Source: Gemmatimonadaceae bacterium
GTDB taxonomy: Bacteria; Gemmatimonadota; Gemmatimonadetes; Gemmatimonadales; Gemmatimonadaceae
DNA length: 64,000 bases
Direction: 5' to 3'
Assembly (NCBI GenBank): GCA_051859245.1
Contig: JBHYGA010000001.1
Location: forward strand, 384,001-448,000
A program made the position numbers and the translations under genes. The notes below the pieces were generated by a model. That model did no database searches and was not told where the DNA came from. It saw only the letters and a program-made list of their open reading frames with translations. Each line of letters begins with the position of its first letter. Positions within the stretch are counted from its first letter, which is position 1. Below are positions 59,013-64,000 of this stretch, piece by piece.

Positions 59013-59160
59013 GTGCATGATCCGCGTGTCCTCGGCGATAGGGGGTGCGTGCGCATGCGTGAACATGCGCCATATCGCCGAGTTGTCCGTCACCATTTCG
59101 CTGCGCCCCGTAGCAGCGTGTCGCTTCCGCATGGACGGTACGCTCGGCGATGGGGCCGAG

Positions 59161-61323
59161 TCAATGCCGCTGCTGTTCGCGACGCCGCCGAAGCAGCGCA
59201 GTCACTTCCTCGACCACCTGCACCAAATTGCGCTCGGCGGGCCTCACTGGAAGCAGCGCGACCACTGATTCGCTATCGCTGCCAAGGTTGAAGTTCGGCA
59301 GCACGTCTGTGTCCGACAGTTCAATCGGTGCCCATTCCTGTGGCGTTGAGGCAATGAAGCGACGATCACGCACGCGGTACGTGATCGCCATCAAACGATG
59401 ATCGACGTTGGTGAACAGCAGCTCGTTGCTGAACGGTGACCAGCGCGCGGCACGCGCACCGCGCGCGACACGGAGTACCTGCGACGTATCGTCAAGCGAA
59501 CGCACATACAACTCGGCCACACCAGAGGCGTGTGACGTGTACGCAAGCCAGCGCCCGTCGGGAGATATCGCCGGGTATGTTTCTATCGCATTGGTGCGCA
59601 ACAACGTTCGAGGCGTGCCGGCGTGCACGGAATCACCGAGACGCTGTACTGACGCGGTCCATAGGTCGAAATGCGTAGCCGTATCGAGAATGGCCACGGC
59701 AACGCCGCGATCGCCGCTCATGAATGACCACGGTATCACGATATTCCGCGCATCAAAAAACGTGCGCGCTTTCCCATCGCTCGCGGAGAGCCACTGCAAG
59801 CCGTTCTTGTCGTTCCTTGCAATGAGCGCATCGCCATCGCTGGTCCACATGACCGCATCGAGGTTCGGTGCGCTCCACGCACGCCGCGCGGGCGTGTGCA
59901 AATCAAATACCGCAAGTGCCGACACCGCGCTCTCGATCGTGACCACCGCGAGGCGCTGACCATTTGGTGACAACGCTGGCCACGCATACTGCCCCGCGCG
60001 TTCCAGCAAGTTGCGTCGTGCACCCGAGCGTTCAACGCGCGCGACGATTGACGGGACGTTTCGCCTGTACACGAGTGTCCCCGTCTCGGAAAACGAGACC
60101 TGCGCGAAGCCAAACGTACTCGAATACGAAATGCTATCGATGATCGGCGTCGCTGACCCGGTCACCCGCAACTGCGTTGCATCAAAGTCGATTGCGAACA
60201 GCGTGCCTTGGTTGACGTAGGTGAGGTGATTCGGCGCAACGAAGCGTGCAAACGTGCCGCCTTTCACCAGCACCTTCCGCTCGCCACTGCGCAGTGACGC
60301 CACTTCGATGCTCGCGAGATCAACACCCTCGGCCGACAGTGCCGTGTACAGCACATGTTCTCCGTCGGGCAACAGTTGCGGCCAGAGAGCTGCGCTTCGA
60401 TTCGCCGAGAGATCGAGCACCGGTGTGGGAGGCGTTTGGCGAGTGACATCAATACGGAACAGCCGATTGCTCGCGTCGATCGCGGCAACAATCGTGTTGT
60501 TGCTCCCCCACGTTGCGCCGAGCAGATCGGGCGCGTCGCACAGCACCTCAGGTGAGCCGCCGTCTACCGCGATCTTGCGCAGCTGCCGTTCTGCCCAGTA
60601 GCCAATCCATCGTCCATCAGGTGACCAGAAGGGTGCGCGCGCTCCCAACGTTCCGGGGAGATCGACCGGCGAAGAACCATCAAATCGATGGAGGCGCAGG
60701 TGCTTGGTGGCCATCGAATCGATTGACACATACACGACGCTCTTCCCATCGGGCGCGACAGCAACGCTCGTTCCCACATCGGAGGCGATGCGCTCATTTG
60801 TCTGCAAGGCGACGGGATAGATCTTAGGATCGCGCTCGATTTCTGTGGGGCGCGAGAATGCACCGGGCAAGAACACCATGCCCAGTCCAGCCAATCCGGC
60901 CGTCAACCAAAGCCACGGTTGACGAGATCGCGATGCGACCGACGTGACTGTTGGCAACGCAACCGGCGCAGACACCTCCGCCGGCCGCTGCTCAAATCGC
61001 ACGGTGTACGCGCCGCGAGGAAGTGAAATCGTGAGGGGTGCGTCGCGACCTTCTTCGGCGTAGTAGCGCTCCAGGCGACCGCGCAGTCGCGAGGCTTCGG
61101 CCCGCACAATGGGATCCGTGCGAGGGTCGAAGTCGGTGTCGCGACCAAGAGCTTCGAGCCCGACTGTGTATTCCTTGAGCCGGTCGGCCGTTCCGGACAG
61201 GGCTTGGTCAACGAGGTAGCGCAGCAGCGTGGACGAGCGTTCGGCCTGCCGGAAGGGAGTACTGACCAGGAGGCGCTCCAGCTCGGCCAACACCGCGTCG
61301 CGTTCGATTCCGTCACGCATCAT
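59161..61323 (-). CDS. Putative membrane-anchored regulator: N-terminal wHTH-like domain, one TM, TolB/PD40-like beta-propeller
   Basis: LKEYT.G...GR..DFDP..DPIVR.EA.RLR.RL..YY; TM WLWLTAGLAGLGMVFL; SPDG repeats. Confidence 0.78.
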   Translation of the reverse strand: MMRDGIERDAVLAELERLLVSTPFRQAERSSTLLRYLVDQALSGTADRLKEYTVGLEALGRDTDFDPRTDPIVRAEASRLRGRLERYYAEEGRDAPLTISLPRGAYTVRFEQRPAEVSAPVALPTVTSVASRSRQPWLWLTAGLAGLGMVFLPGAFSRPTEIERDPKIYPVALQTNERIASDVGTSVAVAPDGKSVVYVSIDSMATKHLRLHRFDGSSPVDLPGTLGARAPFWSPDGRWIGYWAERQLRKIAVDGGSPEVLCDAPDLLGATWGSNNTIVAAIDASNRLFRIDVTRQTPPTPVLDLSANRSAALWPQLLPDGEHVLYTALSAEGVDLASIEVASLRSGERKVLVKGGTFARFVAPNHLTYVNQGTLFAIDFDATQLRVTGSATPIIDSISYSSTFGFAQVSFSETGTLVYRRNVPSIVARVERSGARRNLLERAGQYAWPALSPNGQRLAVVTIESAVSALAVFDLHTPARRAWSAPNLDAVMWTSDGDALIARNDKNGLQWLSASDGKARTFFDARNIVIPWSFMSGDRGVAVAILDTATHFDLWTASVQRLGDSVHAGTPRTLLRTNAIETYPAISPDGRWLAYTSHASGVAELYVRSLDDTSQVLRVARGARAARWSPFSNELLFTNVDHRLMAITYRVRDRRFIASTPQEWAPIELSDTDVLPNFNLGSDSESVVALLPVRPAERNLVQVVEEVTALLRRRREQQRH

Positions 61324-61360
61324 GCCGCCAATATGCGATTGGGTTGTGCAAAGTCGCCAT

Positions 61361-61386
61361 ACGGAACGGTTCGCGAACCGTTCCGT
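61361..61386. promoter_or_regulatory. Perfect 26-bp palindrome, putative operator
   Basis: ACGGAACGGTTCG|CGAACCGTTCCGT, no spacer. Confidence 0.75.
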
Positions 61387-61423
61387 GCTTTTGCGTTATG
61401 CGCTGGCTTCGAATGTTCGGGCT

Positions 61424-62350
61424 ATGAAAACCTCCTTCATGCAGTCGAGCGGGCTTCTCGTTGGCGTTCTGCTGGCCACAAACGCTCATGCCCAAAGCAC
61501 CACCACTCGGCCACCGGTGATCGACGTGCATGTGCACGCAACCCCGCAGGCAGCGACGCGATGGCCGCGAAACGACTCACTGCTGAACATTCGATATCGC
61601 GTGGTGACGGCCGGGGCGCGCGACCTCGACGCGTGGCTGCGTACGGACACCAGCCGGATCATGCTGGCGATGGGGATGCCGTGCGACAAAGGACGCTCGG
61701 TGTTCACCGGCGCTCCGTGCTACACCACGTCCACGGATTTCCCTGATCTCGCGTGGCTTCGCCAGGAACTGCAGAACGGACGAGTACGTGCCCTCGCCGA
61801 GCTCACGCCGCAGTATCTGGGAATGTCGCCGGCTGATCCGAAGCTCGAACCGTTCTGGGAGTTGGCGGAGGAGTTCGATATTCCGGTCGGCTTGCACATG
61901 GGGTCAGGGCCACCATTCGCCGCGTATCCCGAGTCGCCACTCCCTGTTCCCACACCGAACTTTCGAGCAGCGTACAACGATCCACTGCTGCTCGAAGAAG
62001 TCCTGCTGCGACACAAGAAGCTGCGACTCTATCTCATGCACGCCGCGTGGCCTTTCGTTGATGGTGCGATTGCACTGCTCTATGCCCATCCGAACGTCTA
62101 TCTCGACGTGGGTGTCTTGCAGAACGAGCGGCTCGTACCACGCGCGTCGTACTACCGACATCTGCGCGGACTCGTGGAGGCCGGCTTTGCCCAACGTATC
62201 ATGTTCGGTTCGGACTCTCCGGTTGGACAGGAAGCGCCGGGGATCGACGCGATTCTTGCGGCCGATTTTCTGACGGCGGAACAGAAGACGGACATCCTCT
62301 GCGGTAATGCGCAACGATTCCTTCGTTTGCCGTTGACTATCTGCCAGTAG
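61424..62350 (+). CDS. Secreted amidohydrolase (Amidohydro_2 family)
   Basis: Signal peptide (AHAQ), IDVHVH, LHMG, MHAAWP, MFGSD. Confidence 0.88.
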   Translation: MKTSFMQSSGLLVGVLLATNAHAQSTTTRPPVIDVHVHATPQAATRWPRNDSLLNIRYRVVTAGARDLDAWLRTDTSRIMLAMGMPCDKGRSVFTGAPCYTTSTDFPDLAWLRQELQNGRVRALAELTPQYLGMSPADPKLEPFWELAEEFDIPVGLHMGSGPPFAAYPESPLPVPTPNFRAAYNDPLLLEEVLLRHKKLRLYLMHAAWPFVDGAIALLYAHPNVYLDVGVLQNERLVPRASYYRHLRGLVEAGFAQRIMFGSDSPVGQEAPGIDAILAADFLTAEQKTDILCGNAQRFLRLPLTICQ

Positions 62351-62365
62351 TTCGATGCGGCGAAC

Positions 62366-62869
62366 CTAGGCTGGCTTGCTCGAAGATTCTTGACCGAAGA
62401 GCGCGAGGGCCACAAGCCCAACCGCACCGGCAATAACAAGTCCGAGATGCAACGTGCTCAACGACACCACGCCAAGCAGCGGGTTGCGCGACGACAGCGG
62501 CGCGAACGGGTGCATGTCAGCGTGCATGATACCGTCAAAGATCAGATGTGAGCCTGTACCGATGAGTGCACTTAACAGCGCAGTGCGTGCGCTGATTGGT
62601 GCATATGCAGGACGCCCCGTTCCCGCGAGCGCTTTCAGCCACGCGTTGGCTATGGGGCGTGCGATCCACGCGCTACCCATACCAATCGCGATCGCGCCGA
62701 GTGCGGTGTGCGACCATCCGTGCAGGACCGCATCACCGCGAATAATGCGTACGAGTGGCTCAATGTCGATTGCGATCTGACTCGCGCCAAAGATCAGCAC
62801 CGAGAAGTTCAGACGGAGCGCCGGTTTGAGCAGCAGCGCGGCACCCATGTGGAATGGAGTGAACGGCAT
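62366..62869 (-). CDS. Membrane-bound metal-dependent hydrolase-like protein (DUF4184-like)
   Basis: MPFTPFH, DIEP, HGWSHT, SHL.FD..MH.DM. Confidence 0.78.
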   Translation of the reverse strand: MPFTPFHMGAALLLKPALRLNFSVLIFGASQIAIDIEPLVRIIRGDAVLHGWSHTALGAIAIGMGSAWIARPIANAWLKALAGTGRPAYAPISARTALLSALIGTGSHLIFDGIMHADMHPFAPLSSRNPLLGVVSLSTLHLGLVIAGAVGLVALALFGQESSSKPA

Positions 62870-62890
62870 GGTCTTCTAGCCTCCGCGATT

Positions 62891-63490
62891 TCAGTGAGCG
62901 CAGCCACGCACAAGTATCGCGCTGACACGTCCTGACCCAGCATAAGGCTGCAGCATGACGCGCACATCGGACTCTGTACCGGAGAGAGCGCGCGCCGTCG
63001 CGTCGTCAAGGCGAAAGCTCAGGCCACACCACGGCGCGTCGTCGCTCCACACGAAAAAGTCCCCTTCGCCAAAGTCACCCTGCAGGTTCGGAATTGACAA
63101 CAATCGAGAAAGTGGTACGCCGACCTTCAGTGAATCCGCTGTCGCAAACAACGGCGATTCCACCATGATGGAGTTCACGCTGTTCTCCGTGATGCGGATG
63201 CGCAGGGTGTCCCCGCCCATCGTCGCGAGCAGCACACGCGTGGGATCGCCCTCTTCGTACGCGATGGTGTCACGCGCCGACGCGCACAAGGCGATCGCTG
63301 AGTCAGCTGACATGCCGAGTTGCAGCGAGCCAACATGCTGGCCATCAAGCTCGCCTGCACCACCGGCGCACGCCGACGCACTCATAACTGGCGTCGATGT
63401 CTCGTCTCGGGATTCCGAGCGATCGCCCTGCGCGCAGCCAAGCGCGATCGCAATAAGCGGAAGCCAGTACATTCGTTTCACCCGTTGCAT
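62891..63490 (-). CDS. Hypothetical lipoprotein
   Basis: Lipobox ALGC; G.L.LGMS and L.VG repeats. Confidence 0.62.
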   Translation of the reverse strand: MQRVKRMYWLPLIAIALGCAQGDRSESRDETSTPVMSASACAGGAGELDGQHVGSLQLGMSADSAIALCASARDTIAYEEGDPTRVLLATMGGDTLRIRITENSVNSIMVESPLFATADSLKVGVPLSRLLSIPNLQGDFGEGDFFVWSDDAPWCGLSFRLDDATARALSGTESDVRVMLQPYAGSGRVSAILVRGCAH

Positions 63491-63507
63491 AGCTCTCTCA
63501 CCAACCG

Positions 63508-64000
63508 CTATTCGCGCGCGGCGGTCACGGCGTCATGTTCAACACGGAGCCGTACTACGTAGACCTCACCGTCCTCACCGGTTCGCGTGCCCCACGCCTG
63601 CTCGCCGCGCACGAGCATGAGACTCGTTCCTTTCGGGACGCGTACCTCGCCGAGGTATGTACCGTCTGGTTCAAACACGTCGTACACCGACGGCTCTCTC
63701 CACGACAATCTCGGCGCCCGCTGCTCCGTGCCGGCGTCGCCTTCGCCCGTGCGCTCGGCGGTCACATGACGTTGTACCCACACGCGACCATCCTGACCAA
63801 TGAGCAGCGCGCGATAGGGAGGTTTGGTTGTGGGAACGGGCGGCAACTCGGCGGTCATGAACCGCCCCTGATATTTGCGATACCAGTCGTTCACTGATTC
63901 GCGTTCCGCGCGCTCCTCCGGCAGCACCGGCACCGTCGAAGCGCTGCGCTCGATGCGAACCACTTGTCCGTTCGGCTTTCGCAGTTCCACGCGATATGTG
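63508..64000 (-). CDS. C-terminal part of a six-bladed beta-propeller protein (5' end outside the window)
   Basis: KPPY, DGRVWV, YDVF.PDG.YLG.V, GEDGE.YVVR; resembles the C-termini of 47557 and 56490. Confidence 0.72.
   Translation of the reverse strand, partial: TYRVELRKPNGQVVRIERSASTVPVLPEERAERESVNDWYRKYQGRFMTAELPPVPTTKPPYRALLIGQDGRVWVQRHVTAERTGEGDAGTEQRAPRLSWREPSVYDVFEPDGTYLGEVRVPKGTSLMLVRGEQAWGTRTGEDGEVYVVRLRVEHDAVTAARE

Noticed and set aside
1..64000. Many long alternative-frame and antisense ORFs (e.g. 25004..25885, 48844..50259, 41613..42608, 37853..38686)
   Set aside because: They shadow well-supported genes, are Arg/Ala-rich with no motifs, and are expected in high-GC DNA
1..64000. 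CRISPR arrays, tRNA/rRNA, IS elements, integrases, prophage
   Set aside because: No spaced repeats, RNA-gene signatures or mobile-element proteins seen by eye; intergenic gaps are short

Overview
GC-rich, gene-dense bacterial window with about 57 CDS. I found no rRNA, tRNA, CRISPR array, transposase or phage genes. The gene repertoire points to Gemmatimonadota (inference only): ADOP-type permease, Hanks-type kinase, several six-bladed-propeller lipoproteins, VPS10/BNR hydrolase, PEP-CTERM protein and Uma2. Content is mostly accessory envelope, metabolic and signalling genes. Most interesting: (1) an intact Ser/Thr kinase fused in frame to a duplicated MacB/FtsX (ADOP) permease, with no ATPase or PadR nearby; (2) a putative wHTH-TM-beta-propeller one-component regulator divergent from a secreted amidohydrolase, with a perfect 26-bp palindrome exactly midway between the two start codons; (3) an ECF sigma-FecR-TonB receptor cassette whose apparent output is a fasciclin lipoprotein, with the motif CTGGTCA-N15-GCATAG before both sigma and fasciclin genes; (4) a CarF/TMEM189-like desaturase translationally coupled to a sterol-desaturase-family gene; (5) an MscS-like / MgtE-cytosolic-only / MgtE operon; (6) several enzymes with altered catalytic motifs and readable operator arrays (MarR, TetR, LytTR). 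Family calls come from motif recognition by eye, with no database searches. Several start codons were moved from the ORF track by judgement.
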